In this document: in pieces, positions 11,729 to 22,729 of the stretch | How the letters are laid out: each line of letters starts with the position of its first letter | Numbering within the stretch: the first letter of the stretch is position 1 | DNA from: Nitrospirota bacterium | Lineage (GTDB): Bacteria > Nitrospirota > Nitrospiria > Nitrospirales > NS-4 | DNA: 64,000 nucleotides | NCBI GenBank assembly: GCA_963788195.1 | Contig: CAWBGA010000017.1 | Span: forward strand, 512,001 to 576,000 | Direction: 5' to 3' | Position numbers and translations under genes: made by a program | Notes under the pieces: generated by a model | Database searches by the model: none | Told to the model about the DNA's origin: nothing | What the model saw: the letters and a program-made list of their open reading frames with translations, nothing else

Positions 11729-11976
11729 ATCGAAAATTAATTGCTGCCGCGGGCGGCGCCGAAGCCTGACGACTAGCGACTTGGGCTTCGGGAGCAAGGA
11801 GTCAGGTTTGGCGACAGGTCCCGTCCCATCCTTTTCCTTGACCTTCTCATATCAGAGGATGATTGCTTGACGGGTGACGCTGACCGGAGGTCTTCACCGC
11901 CTTGAGCGCTTCGTGAAGCAGGTGGAGGTGGTCGGCGACAGGACCCGTCAAGCCTAAATCAACCGGAGATCTTTCA
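11729..11976 (+). repeat. family II structured repeat, two adjacent stem-loop units (11749-11824, 11865-11953)
   Basis: gcttgacgggt-GA-cgctgacc...ggtcggcg-ACAGG-acccgtcaagc and gcgggc-GG-cgccgaagcctgac...gtcaggtttggcg-ACAGG-tcccgt; homologous to 28100-28484 and 40373-40777. Confidence 0.85.
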
Positions 11977-12830
11977 TGACCTGCGTCAGCTTGTCCAGAT
12001 TTTCTTGCGACATACCGCAGAGCGGGAGACGAAGTTCTGGCGTGCATTTTCCCATCAGGGCCACCGCATGCTTGACCGGTATGGGATTCGTCTCCAAGAA
12101 GAGCGCCTGAAAGAGCGGATAGAGTTTGTAGTGTAGGCGGCGCGCCTCTGTGAGGTTCCCTGCCGTCCAGGCATCGATCATTCCCGCCATGTCGGCGGGG
12201 GCGACATTGGCCGTGACGGTGATAACGCCCCGGGCCCCGACGGCCAGCATCGGTAGCGTGAGCGCATCATCGCCGGCTAGAACGGTGAATCGATCGCTGC
12301 AGAGATGCACGATATCGCTGACCTGCTGGAGCGACCCTGAGCCTTCCTTGACGCCGACGATGTTCCTGATCTTAGACAAGCCGCGCGACCGTCTGAGGAG
12401 TGATGTTGACGGCCGTGCGGCCCGGAATGTTGTACAGAACCTGTGGAAGGTCGACCGCTTCAGCAATCGCGCGATGGTGAAGGAAGAGCCCTTCCTGGGT
12501 CGGCTTATTGTAATAAGGTGAGATCAGCAGCGCGCCGTCGGCCCCGACCTCTTTGGCATGCCGTGTCAGCGCGATGGCTTCTTCCGTGGAGTTGGATCCT
12601 GTGCCCGCGATGACCGGTACCCGGCGCTTCACGGCCTGGACGGTCACTTCGATCACACGGTTATGTTCGTCGTATGTCAGGGTCGCGGACTCCCCGCTGG
12701 TTCCACACGGGACGATCCCGTCGGTACCACTGGCGATCTGCCATTCAATCAGATCGCGAAGGGCGGGTTCATCAACCTTGCCGTTTCGAAACGGGGTGAT
12801 AATAGCGACAATGGAGCCGGTAAAACTCAT
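11954..12830 (-). CDS. dapA: 4-hydroxy-tetrahydrodipicolinate synthase, apparent frameshift near 12385
   Basis: [66 protein letters not shown]. Confidence 0.95.
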
Positions 12831-13663
12831 GCCACCTCGTACTCCCAAGCGTCAGGGCGCATAAATCCGTCATAGATCGCGCGGGCTTCCCCGGTCAGCG
12901 TCACGTCGGTAAAGCGTTCTCCATCACGCCGAAAGGTGACTGTTAACGCCAGACCACTTTTCGGGACGACCGTGACAGGCGATTCCACTTTGTGCACCAG
13001 CGCCGCGATGAGAGCGGCCGCGATAGACCCGCTGCCGCAAGCCAGGGTTTCCGCTTCGACGCCGCGCTCATAGGTCCGAAGGTGAACCGTATGACGATCC
13101 ACGACCTGGGCGAAATTAACATTGGTCCCCTCCGGGTCGAAGACGTCATGAAATCGGGTGGCCCGCCCAATCCCCAGCACATCGGCCTGAACTGTGTTGG
13201 GAACGAAATACACGCAATGGGGAACACCAGTGTTGATACTATGGCCTTCGTGCGTCGTGCCGTCGATCGGGATATGAAGGTTCACCTGGGCCGCCGAGGG
13301 GTCAGGCACGCGCACCGTGACCCGGTAGCCATGCACCTCTGCTTCCACTATCCCAGCCTTTCCCTCAAACCGCATCGCTTTGGTCGCAATCTTCTTCAGA
13401 TAGGCAAATCGTGCGGCGCACCGGGCGCCGTTCCCGCAAAAGTCTGCCTCGCCCCCGTCATCATTGAAGAATCGCCAGCGGAAGTCAGCTCCCCGGGACT
13501 TTTCAATAAATATCAAGCCATCGGCGCCGACTGAGAGATGATGGCGGCATACGTGCGCGACGAATGCAGCCATGGCCTTTGGCTCGATGATCCGGCGTCG
13601 GTTATCGATCACAATGAAGTCATTGCCGGCGCCGGAGAACTTCATGAACGGGATTTTTTTCAT
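12827..13663 (-). CDS. dapF: diaminopimelate epimerase
   Basis: [44 protein letters not shown]. Confidence 0.96.
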   Translation of the reverse strand: MKKIPFMKFSGAGNDFIVIDNRRRIIEPKAMAAFVAHVCRHHLSVGADGLIFIEKSRGADFRWRFFNDDGGEADFCGNGARCAARFAYLKKIATKAMRFEGKAGIVEAEVHGYRVTVRVPDPSAAQVNLHIPIDGTTHEGHSINTGVPHCVYFVPNTVQADVLGIGRATRFHDVFDPEGTNVNFAQVVDRHTVHLRTYERGVEAETLACGSGSIAAALIAALVHKVESPVTVVPKSGLALTVTFRRDGERFTDVTLTGEARAIYDGFMRPDAWEYEVA

Positions 13664-13667
13664 GGCG

Positions 13668-14933
13668 TTACTTTAGAAAGGCGGGGATTGTCTCGCCCCT
13701 GACCAGGTCCGCATAGTCTTCCCGCGCCCGAATTACATGGATCTCTTTGTCTCGAACCAGCACCTCAGGAACCCGCGGCCGGGAATTATAGTTCGAGGCC
13801 ATGCTGAAACCATAGGCGCCGGCACTCATCACGGCGAGGAGGTCGCCGGGATCACCTAGCGCCATCATCCGATCCTTCGCCAGAAAGTCCCCAGACTCGC
13901 ATACCGGCCCCACGATGTCTATGAGCACCTGCTTTTTGGCCTTCCCCCGGTTCTCCCGCACGGGCTTGATCTCGTGGTAGGCGCCGTACAGGGACGGCCG
14001 GATGAGATCGTTCATCGCGGCATCCACGATCAGGAAGGTCTTGTCGGGATTGGCCTTCTGGTACAGGACCTTCGTCAAGAGAACCCCGGCGTTACCGACG
14101 ATAGAGCGACCCGGCTCAAAGATCAAGACACATTTAAGATCCTTGAGGAGCGGGGAGATCGCACGCGCGAGATCCTCGGGTTGAGGCGGTACCTCGTCCT
14201 GGTACGTGATGCCGAGCCCGCCGCCGACGTTCAGATAGCGGATTTCCACCCCGATCCCTTTGAGCTGCTCGACAAGGCCAAGAATTTTTCTCAACGCATC
14301 AACATACGGGCTGACAGTCATCAACTGCGAGCCGATGTGCTTGTGCACGCCGACGATCTCGATGTTCTCAAGCGTGGTCGCGAGCTTAAATTCATCCAGC
14401 GCCCGCTCCGCGCTGATGCCGAACTTGCTCTTCTTCAGGCCGGTTGAGATGTATGGATGGGTTTTCGGATCGATGTCGGGGTTGATCCTCAGCGCTACCC
14501 GCGCATTGGTATGGAGCTCGCCTGCCACCCGATCGATCGCCACGAGCTCGGCCGAAGACTCCACATTGAACATAAGAATTTCGGACCGTAGCGCATAACG
14601 AATCTCTTCATCCGTCTTCCCCACCCCCGCGAAAACGATCCGGTGGGGCGTGAGGCCGGCTTGTAATGCACGATACAATTCGCCTCCGGATACAATATCT
14701 CCTCCGGCGCCTTCCTCGGCCAGCAGTCGCAAGATAGCAATGTTGGAATTTGCCTTAATCGCGTAAGCCGTGATGTGGGGCACATCTTTAAACGCGGTAT
14801 CGAACGCGCGAAATTGTCGAATCAGCCGCGCATGGCTGTATACATAACACGGGGTGCCGACGGTATCGGCGATTTTCTGAAACGGGACGGATTCGCAGTA
14901 AAACTCTCCGTCCAGGTACCGAAAATCAGGCAT
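13668..14933 (-). CDS. lysA: diaminopimelate decarboxylase
   Basis: YAIKANSN, DIVSGGEL, THPYISTG..SKFG, HIGSQ, EPGRSIVG, GPVCESGD, AGAYGFSMASNYNSR. Confidence 0.96.
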   Translation of the reverse strand: MPDFRYLDGEFYCESVPFQKIADTVGTPCYVYSHARLIRQFRAFDTAFKDVPHITAYAIKANSNIAILRLLAEEGAGGDIVSGGELYRALQAGLTPHRIVFAGVGKTDEEIRYALRSEILMFNVESSAELVAIDRVAGELHTNARVALRINPDIDPKTHPYISTGLKKSKFGISAERALDEFKLATTLENIEIVGVHKHIGSQLMTVSPYVDALRKILGLVEQLKGIGVEIRYLNVGGGLGITYQDEVPPQPEDLARAISPLLKDLKCVLIFEPGRSIVGNAGVLLTKVLYQKANPDKTFLIVDAAMNDLIRPSLYGAYHEIKPVRENRGKAKKQVLIDIVGPVCESGDFLAKDRMMALGDPGDLLAVMSAGAYGFSMASNYNSRPRVPEVLVRDKEIHVIRAREDYADLVRGETIPAFLK

Positions 14934-16800
14934 TCTGCGGCTCTTCCTCGAAGAGGTCCAGGCCGTGGAAATTTATGTCGTCGGCTGCCAAGCCGAACGC
15001 ATCCTTGAGCTTTCGATAACGCACTCGCGCGGAGGGAGCGGCTCGCTTAAAAAAGTCGCCGTCCAGCAGGGTATGCAGGGCTTGAGGCGTGGCATGACGT
15101 AGATGCTCAAAATTCAGAATGATGTCCAGCTTGGCTTTATTCGCGGCATCCGCGAGACGAGTTTTCAACTCAGCGGCATTCAGATGGTCCAGCGCGCCCT
15201 CCAACTCCACCATCAGGGCCGTGAGTTTTTCATGCTTGCGCGTCTTGATGCTGAGGAACTGGTCCACCTGTCCCGAGACCTTCTTGAGGGCCAGCAGCGC
15301 GTTGGGGATCGAATTCTCCATCCTCACTGAGGGCAGCTTTGCCTGCAATGTTTTGATCACCGTCGCAACAGGACTCAGTTGGCCTTTCGGGCACGCGCGT
15401 TTGATCACGCGTCGGAACTCGCGGTTCATGATCAATCTCGGCGCCAGCCGCTGGCCTGTGTGGGCCAATCGCCGGTAAATGTTCGGTATGGAATAGAACG
15501 TGTGGTTCGCCCAGTAAAAGCCGTTCTCCAACTGCTCAGGTGTCATGCGCGTGGGAGTAAACGTGACGTGCTTTCCGTCATAGTGCGCCCAATTGCGGTC
15601 GAAGATCCGGCCTGCGGCCTCATAGCGCGTGTACAACGGCGTCCCGGGTAACGGCGTGAGCACATTGAAGTAAGCGAGCTCGCACTTGTTACGGACCAGA
15701 AATTCCACTGTGCGCTCAAACACGGACTCATCGTCATTGTCAAACCCGAACACGATCCCCGGGTTCACCATGATGCCATGGTTATGGAATGTCTGAATTT
15801 CCTCTTCGAATTTCTTGACCCGATTGAACGGCTTGTGGGTCTCGCCGAGGCTCTCCTCGAAGATCGATTCCATCCCCACGAATACCGACACACACCCGCT
15901 TTCCGCTGCGAGCTTGACCATCTCCTCGTCATCCCCGAGAAACAGCGTGGACTGGCACCCCCATTTGAGGCCCAAGGGCTTCAGCGCGGCCCATAGCTCC
16001 CGGCAGTACGCGCGGTTGCTATTATGCAGATCGTCCACAAACGCGACGATGCCGCCGTCCTCGATCCCGAAGCGGATCTTGGCGGCCAGCGCGAGGGCAT
16101 CCAACATCGAGCCCTTTCCCAAGCGTCCCACAAGCTCGCCGCACACGAACTCGCGCACGCGCTTGATCTCCGTGATGACTTCCGCCACCGGCCGCCGGCG
16201 CGTGCTCTTTCCGTTAAAGGGCGACACACTGCAGAACTCGCAGTCGAAATGACATCCTCGGGTGGTAAAGGTGCATTGGCGCGTCATGTAAGCCGAGTCG
16301 GCCAGGAGCTCAACGCGAGGCCGGCGATAGTTGTCAAGCGCCGGGAAACCATCCATTTTGTAGTGCCGCTGCATCTGGCCCTTTTCAAAATCGCTGACCA
16401 GGCGCGGCCACGTATCTTCCGCCTCTCCGGTCACGATCGCATCGCAGTGCTGCAACGCCTCATCGGCGCAATATGTGGGATGCACGCCCCCGAGAACCAC
16501 CGGGACGCCACGCTTCTTGAACTCGGCAGCGATCTCGTAGGCGCGTGGGGCATAACAGGTCATGATTGAAATGCCGACCATGTCCGCCGGATGCTCAAAG
16601 TCGATGTCGCGCACCGCCTCATCCTGGATTTCCACATCCCAATGCTCCGGCGTGTACGCTGCGATAACCGGAAGACTCAATTTCGGAAACCAGATGGCCT
16701 TTCTCTCGCTTGGCCCGAGGTGATAAGGGTTGTCCCGTGGATAGGGATCCACCAGCAATAGTTTTCTTCGCTTCGGCTGCGAGAGTTTCACGAGCTGCAT
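14926..16800 (-). CDS. cobalamin-binding radical SAM protein with C-terminal STAS-like domain
   Basis: B12-binding N-terminus (VGISIMTC..VVLGGVHPT..GEAE), RGCHFDCEFC, LTPLPGTPLY; C-terminus VELEGALDHLNAAELK...IILNFEHLRH. Confidence 0.85.
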   Translation of the reverse strand: MQLVKLSQPKRRKLLLVDPYPRDNPYHLGPSERKAIWFPKLSLPVIAAYTPEHWDVEIQDEAVRDIDFEHPADMVGISIMTCYAPRAYEIAAEFKKRGVPVVLGGVHPTYCADEALQHCDAIVTGEAEDTWPRLVSDFEKGQMQRHYKMDGFPALDNYRRPRVELLADSAYMTRQCTFTTRGCHFDCEFCSVSPFNGKSTRRRPVAEVITEIKRVREFVCGELVGRLGKGSMLDALALAAKIRFGIEDGGIVAFVDDLHNSNRAYCRELWAALKPLGLKWGCQSTLFLGDDEEMVKLAAESGCVSVFVGMESIFEESLGETHKPFNRVKKFEEEIQTFHNHGIMVNPGIVFGFDNDDESVFERTVEFLVRNKCELAYFNVLTPLPGTPLYTRYEAAGRIFDRNWAHYDGKHVTFTPTRMTPEQLENGFYWANHTFYSIPNIYRRLAHTGQRLAPRLIMNREFRRVIKRACPKGQLSPVATVIKTLQAKLPSVRMENSIPNALLALKKVSGQVDQFLSIKTRKHEKLTALMVELEGALDHLNAAELKTRLADAANKAKLDIILNFEHLRHATPQALHTLLDGDFFKRAAPSARVRYRKLKDAFGLAADDINFHGLDLFEEEPQNA

Positions 16801-16894
16801 TACATCACCTCATCTGGTTCATAAAAATGGCTGCCGCGCTAAAGGCCACCGGCAACCTATTAGTGTACTCTTGTCGCCGCCAAAATGCTCTCCC

Positions 16895-17069
16895 TCATTG
16901 AGGGGGCAACGTCTGACGATCCTTCTCTTGGTTTGGTTGCGTTGAGCGCGGGTCCTCGGGAACCACCGGCGGGCCTTTCTTGCCGCAACCCGCCCCCGAG
17001 CAGTAGGAAGCCGAGAATAAAGCTCCCGAGCATTACGCGCGCCGTACACATCGTTGCCCGCAATCTCAT
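16895..17069 (-). CDS. small lipoprotein, LptM/YifL/LppL-like, apparent frameshift in a G-run (~16995)
   Basis: Removing one G gives MLGSFILGFLLLGAG-CGKKGPPVVPEDPR...PPQ*, a lipobox plus CGxKGP motif; position upstream of lysA-dapF. Confidence 0.7.
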
Positions 17070-18484
17070 GACTGCGTTCTGAATTCCTTCTCCAACGCTG
17101 CTAGTCGGGCGCCAACACGTTGGCGCGCAGTTCCGCCGACTTGAGCTTTCCGCTCCAATGCCCCTTCGATGGTGAGCATATCCAGCGCATCCTTTTCAAA
17201 CGACTTCGAGAAGACACGAAGCTCTTCCAAGCTCACCTCAGTCAAATCCTTGCCGCGGTCCAAACAGTCTCGAACGAGGCGGCCAACGGTTTCATGCGCC
17301 GCACGAAACGGAATGCCTTTGAGTACCAAATAGTCCGCAAGCTCCGTCGCCAAGAGAAATCCAGATGACGCCGCTGCCGCCAACACCTGCCGCCGCACCG
17401 TCATACCTTCGAGCGTCTTGACCAACATGGGAACGCAGGCCTGGACCGTATCCAACGCGTCGAACACCGACGCCTTATCCTCTTGCAAATCGCGGTTATA
17501 GGTCAATGGAAGACCCTTGAGGGTCGTCAGCAGATTGACCAGGTGGCCATAGACCCTTCCTGTCTTGCCTCGGATAAGCTCCGGAACGTCCGGATTCTTT
17601 TTCTGCGGCATCATGCTGCTGCCGGTGCAGACCGAGTCAGGCAGTTCGATGAATCCGAATTCCTGTGACGACCAAAGGACCAATTCTTCAGCCAGCCGTG
17701 AGGCATGCGCCATGATCAGCGAGAGGGCGGCAACGGTTTCCACGACGAAATCGCGGTCGGAGACCGCGTCCAGACTGTTCTGGCTGATCGCGGGGAAGTG
17801 CAGGAGCTGCGCCGTGTATGCCCGGTCTAAGGGATAGTTGGTTCCCGCCAGGGCCCCGGAGCCCAGAGGCATGACATTGATGCGCGGGATCGCGTCACGG
17901 AGACGGTCCTTGTCCCTCTCCGCCATTTCGACATAAGCGAGGAGATGGTGCGCGAGGAGGACGGGCTGCGCTCGCTGCAAATGTGTATAACCGGGCATGA
18001 CGGTTCCCAGTTCCCGGCGGCCGACGGTAACGAGGGTGTGCTGGAGCTTCTTTAAGCCGGCGATGACATCTGTGACGGCGTCGCGCAAATAGAGCCGTAG
18101 GTCCAATGCGACCTGATCATTACGGCTCCGGCCCGTGTGAAGCTTTCCACCAACTGCTCCGACGATGGCAGTCAAACGAGACTCGATGGCCATGTGAATG
18201 TCTTCCTGCCCGGGAAGAAACTGAAACCGCCCTTCGGTAATCTCGCGTTCCACCTGTTGGAGGCCTTTCATGAGACGGCCGGACTCACGCGAAGTCAAAA
18301 TCCCGGCGCGCTCGAGTGTCTTGCAGTGGGCGAGGCTGCCTGCAATGTCGTGGCGATACAGCCTCCAATCCACGGCGATGGAGGAAGTGAAGGCCTCCAC
18401 ATCCGGATCCGTTGCGGCACGGAAACGCCCGCCCCAGGGTTTGTGACCCACCTTGCGTGACGGCAATTTTTTCCTGGACTTCAT
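17066..18484 (-). CDS. argH: argininosuccinate lyase
   Basis: [50 protein letters not shown]. Confidence 0.97.
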   Translation of the reverse strand: MKSRKKLPSRKVGHKPWGGRFRAATDPDVEAFTSSIAVDWRLYRHDIAGSLAHCKTLERAGILTSRESGRLMKGLQQVEREITEGRFQFLPGQEDIHMAIESRLTAIVGAVGGKLHTGRSRNDQVALDLRLYLRDAVTDVIAGLKKLQHTLVTVGRRELGTVMPGYTHLQRAQPVLLAHHLLAYVEMAERDKDRLRDAIPRINVMPLGSGALAGTNYPLDRAYTAQLLHFPAISQNSLDAVSDRDFVVETVAALSLIMAHASRLAEELVLWSSQEFGFIELPDSVCTGSSMMPQKKNPDVPELIRGKTGRVYGHLVNLLTTLKGLPLTYNRDLQEDKASVFDALDTVQACVPMLVKTLEGMTVRRQVLAAAASSGFLLATELADYLVLKGIPFRAAHETVGRLVRDCLDRGKDLTEVSLEELRVFSKSFEKDALDMLTIEGALERKAQVGGTARQRVGARLAALEKEFRTQS

Positions 18485-19714
18485 GCCCAGCCGACGCCTT
18501 TGGCTCGTTTGCGAGAGGCGCGAATGGCCAGCCTCAGCCCATTGAGGCGAATAAAGCCTTCGGCGTCTTTCTGCCGATAGACGTCATCTTCCTCGAAAGT
18601 CGCCATATCAAGCCGGTAGAGCGAGCGAGGAGACTGCCGGCCCACGACCGTGCAGCTCCCCTTATAGAGTCTCACACGCGCCGTCCCTGTGACATCACGT
18701 TGGGACTCATCAACCGCCGCCTGCAGCATCTGGCGCTCGGGCGCGTCCCAATATCCATAATAGACCATCTCGGCATATCGGGGAATGAGCGAATCCCTCA
18801 GATGAAGGACCTCGCGATCCAGGGTAAGCGATTCGACCGCGCGGTGAGCGGCGTGTAAGATCGTGCCCCCGGGAGTTTCATACACTCCCCGCGATTTCAT
18901 TCCTACATAGCGGTTTTCCACAATATCAATCCGGCCAATGCCATGCGCCCCGCCTCGCTCATTGAGCTGCTGCCAACAGAGCGGCAGGCGAAAGCCGTTT
19001 GCCGTCCAGCGCGACGGGATTGCCCTGCTGGTATTCGATCTCAACATAGAGAGGTTTCGCCGGCGCCTTTTCGGGCGAGACGGTCATCTGAAAGATTTCT
19101 TCAGGCGCTTCTACCCAGGGATCTTCGAGAATGCCGCCTTCATAGCTGACGTGAAACGAATTCCGGTCGGTGCTATACGGTTTGGCTTTCGTCGCGGTGA
19201 CCGGAATATCGTGGCGCTTGGCGTAGTCAATCAAATCTTGGCGCGAGCGAAAGGTCCATTCCCGCCAGGGGGCGATGATTTTGATGGAAGGATTCAAGGC
19301 CAGATATGTCAGCTCGAATCTTACCTGATCATTGCCCTTCCCGGTAGCGCCATGGCCGACCGCCTCGATATTTTCGCGCTCCGCGATCTCGATCTGACGC
19401 CGTGCGATCAACGGCCGTGCGATGGAGGTGCCGAGCAGATAGCTGCCTTCGTACATCGCATTGGCGCGAAGCATCGGGAAAATATAGTCCCGTGCAAATA
19501 CCTCGCGCAGGTCCTCTATATAGACCTTGGTGGCCCCGAGCTTCATCGCTTTTGATTTGACCGCCTTCATGTCTTCACCCTGGCCCAAGTCGGCGCAGAA
19601 AGCGACGACGTCATACCCGAGTGTCTCTTGCATCCATTTTAAGATGACGGAGGTGTCGAGTCCGCCCGAATAGGCGAGGACAACTCGCTTGTGACGAAGT
19701 TTCGCGCCGCGCAT
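18481..19714 (-). CDS. argG: argininosuccinate synthase, apparent frameshift near 18970
   Basis: [58 protein letters not shown]. Confidence 0.96.
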
Positions 19715-19718
19715 AGGT

Positions 19719-20655
19719 CTACCTATCCCGCAGCAGGCGAATGAGAATCGCTTTCTGAACATGCAGCCGATTCTCGGCTTGATCCAATATGACGGAGTGC
19801 GGGCCATCCAATACCGACGTGGTAATCTCCTGACCGCGATGTGCGGGCAAGCAGTGCATGACGATCGCATCCTTTTTCCCCGCCCCTAATAGCCGATCAT
19901 TCAGCTGGTAGGGGCTCAAGACTTTCATCCGGCGAGCTTGCTCCTTTTCATGGCCCATGCTGATCCAGACATCGGTGTAGAGCACATCCGCGCCTTTCAC
20001 CGCCACAAATGGGTCGCGCAGAATTTCGATCGACGCGCCTGTGTGACGAGAACGCTCGCGCGCCCAGTCCACAATGGCCCCATCCGGCTCATACCCTGAG
20101 GGGCAGGCGACACTGATGGCCATGCCCATGATAGCTGCCCCTTCCAGCAGCGAGTTCGCCACATTGTTGCCATCGCCGACGTACGCGATTTTAATCCCCT
20201 TCAGCTTCTGTTTTTTCTCCCGAATGGTAAACAGATCCGACAGCCCCTGGCAGGGATGATGCAGATCGGTAAGACCGTTGATAACGGGTATTGTCGCGTT
20301 TTTTGCCCATTCTTCCACGCTATGATGGTCGTAGGAGCGGATGACGAGGCCATCGAGGTAACGCGACAAGACGCGCGCGGTGTCAGCGACACTTTCCCCT
20401 CGGCGCATTTGAATGTCCGCGACTGAGAGGAACAGGGACTGCCCGCCAAGCTGATTCATACCGGCCTCAAAAGAGACCCGCGTGCGTGTCGACGGCTTCT
20501 CGAAGTAGAGTCCCAGGGTCTTCCCACTCAGCCGTTGCGCCGTAAGCCCCCGCCGTCGCATCGCTTTGAGATCAGCGGCCTCGCGAAAGACAGCAGAGGA
20601 TCTGTGCGCGGGAGAGATCATGTACCGCCAGTAGATGTTGTTGAAACGAAGTCAC
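19719..20655 (-). CDS. argF: ornithine carbamoyltransferase, apparent frameshift near 20595
   Basis: [52 protein letters not shown] start overlaps argD stop. Confidence 0.95.
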
Positions 20656-21849
20656 CGCCGAGCCTCAAGGACTTCACCAAGAACAATGAGGACACGGTCG
20701 ATCTCAGCCTGTGTCACGATCAACGGCGGCACAAACCTGAGCATGCGTTCACTGGTGGCATTGCCCAATATGCCACGTTTTCGCAGATCGTGGACAATAT
20801 CCTTCGCGTTCACCGTGACTTCAACACCAATCATCAATCCAAGGCCTTGCACGTCGGTGATCACGGGACAGCCCGACTGGAGGTCCTTTAAGGCTTTGAG
20901 AAAGTGCTCTCCCATGCGCGTGCAATGCCCTAGAATGTCTTGATCTTCAAGAATCACCTCCATGACTGCCAGGGCGGCCATGCACGCGAGAGGGTTGCCG
21001 CCGAAAGTGGAGCCATGGCTGCCAGGCGTAAAGGCAGCAGCGACCGGATTGGTCGCGAGGCATGCACCAATCGGTATCCCGCCGCCCAAGGCTTTGGCGA
21101 GAGTCATGATGTCCGGTGCAACGCCGTAATGCTCATAGGCAAACAGTTTGCCAGTCCGACCCATGCCGGTTTGGATCTCGTCGAAGATCAGGAGGGCCCC
21201 TTGAGCTCCTGGTAATTTCACGGCAAGCCCTTAAGAAGGCAGGCGTGGCGACCCGGATGCCGCCTTCGCCCTGCACAGGCTCGACGATGACGGCTGCGGT
21301 CCTTGCCGAGACCGCGGTGCTTAAGGCGTTTTCGTCGTTAAAAGGAGTGTAGCGAAAGCCTTCCGGTAACGGCTCAAACCCTTTGTGAAGTTTCTCCTGT
21401 CCGGATGCTGTGAGTGTCCCCAACGTGCGGCCGTGGAAGGAGTTCAGCATCGAGACGATCTCAAACCGATTACCGCCGTCGCGCTCATGCGCCCACTTGC
21501 GGGCGAGCTTGATCGCCGCCTCATTAGCTTCCGCACCGCTGTTGCAGAAGAAGACCTTGTCGGCGAATGAATGATCGACCAGCACCTTTGCTAATCGTAC
21601 TTGTGGTTCGCTGTAAAAGAGGTTGGATATCTGTATGAGGGAATGTGCTTGCTGCTGGATCGCTAATGTCACCTTCGGATGACAATGACCGAGAATGTTA
21701 ACGGCAAGGCCGGCAAAAAAATCCAAATATTCCCGGCCTTCCACGTCCCATACCCGTGTCCCCTGTCCCCTTCTTATCGCCAGCGGATAGCGCGTATAGG
21801 TGTCCATAAGGTACTGGCGGACGTGGTCAAATAGTTCTTCAGTAATCAT
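20652..21849 (-). CDS. argD: acetylornithine aminotransferase, apparent frameshift near 21210
   Basis: FFCNSGAEANEAAIKLAR, SFHGRT, EPVQGEGG, DEIQTGMGRTG, AKALGGG, HGSTFGGNPL. Confidence 0.95.
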
Positions 21850-21912
21850 CTTCGGCGAAAATTCAGGCGGGCTGAAGAATCGGGCGCGGCCTTTTCATCG
21901 TTGCTCTTATCA

Positions 21913-22260
21913 CTACGTCTTCGGCGGAGAAGACGGTGGCGAACCGAAAGCCTTCTCAAGCAAAGGCTCAAGCTCACCATTTTTCTCCATGGGATTTAGG
22001 ATGTCGGTATCCCCGTAGAAGGTTCCATCGATAAAGACTTTTGGCAACGTCGGCCAGTTTGTCATCTTCGTCAAGGCTTCACGCTTGGCGGGGTTTTGCA
22101 ACACATTGATGAGCTCATAGGGATGGCCATACTTGTCGAAGAACTGCATCGTCTCCATCGTGAAACCGCATTGAGGAGCCGACTTCGTACCTTTTCCGTA
22201 GATCAGAATCTTATGCTTTTTAATCTCTTGTTCGATTTCTTCTTGAATAGGATCTGCCAT
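21913..22260 (-). CDS. grxD: monothiol glutaredoxin (Grx4 family)
   Basis: KGTKSAPQCGFT, NWPTLPKVFI; adjacent to bolA. Confidence 0.9.
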   Translation of the reverse strand: MADPIQEEIEQEIKKHKILIYGKGTKSAPQCGFTMETMQFFDKYGHPYELINVLQNPAKREALTKMTNWPTLPKVFIDGTFYGDTDILNPMEKNGELEPLLEKAFGSPPSSPPKT

Positions 22261-22280
22261 AGTATTCTCCTCTTAAGGGC

Positions 22281-22520
22281 TTACGCCCCGTCTTTGGTTT
22301 CGGCCTTGATTTCCAATGCGTGAATGCGACCGTCCTTCATCGGCTCGGCCAATGCGTCATAGACCAGCCGGTGCCGGTCCAGAAGATTCTTCCCTTTAAA
22401 TTCGTCCGACACGATGCGAACACTGAAATGATCCATGGTACCTGTCCGGTCCATCACGGAAACGGACGCATCGGGCATGCGTTGCTGAATGTAGCTAGTT
22501 AAAGATTCTGCGCTGATCAT
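22281..22520 (-). CDS. BolA/IbaG family protein
   Basis: DHFSVRIVSDEFKGKNLLDRHRLVY...IHALEIK. Confidence 0.92.
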   Translation of the reverse strand: MISAESLTSYIQQRMPDASVSVMDRTGTMDHFSVRIVSDEFKGKNLLDRHRLVYDALAEPMKDGRIHALEIKAETKDGA

Positions 22521-22584
22521 GACTCCTTTAAGAGAATCTCAGGAAACCACTGATTCCCCGTCGGCGTTAAACAATCACCACGCC

Positions 22585-22636
22585 CTCGGGAGAAACGAGC
22601 TCGTCTTGGCGAGCTCGGGGCGGGTTGGGTGTAATG
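22585..22636 (-). repeat. family I hairpin repeat (CCAAGA loop), minus orientation
   Basis: Minus strand reads cacccaacccgcccc-gagctcg-CCAAGA-cgagctc-gtttctccc. Confidence 0.85.
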
Positions 22637-22652
22637 GCGAGCAAGCTCTGTT

Positions 22653-22728
22653 TGGTGGAGGGTAGGGGATTTGAACCCCCGACCCCGACGTTGCGAACGT
22701 CGTGCTCTCCCAACTGAGCTAACCCCCC
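22653..22728 (-). tRNA. tRNA-Ala (anticodon CGC)
   Basis: GGGGGGTTAGCTCAGTTGGGAGAGCACGACGTT-CGC-AACGTCGGGGTCGGGGGTTCAAATCCCCTACCCTCCACCA, 76 nt cloverleaf, G3-U70, encoded CCA. Confidence 0.97.
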
Positions 22729-22729
22729 A

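Noticed and set aside
11766..11800. Hammerhead ribozyme core (CTGACGA, also at ~28284 and ~28394)
   Set aside because: No GAAA follows a stem II, and CTGAC is itself paired with GTCAG in the predicted stem
11790..11810. SRP RNA similarity (AGCA..GTCAGGT)
   Set aside because: The order is wrong, the GGAAG tetraloop helix is missing, and the sequence is multicopy
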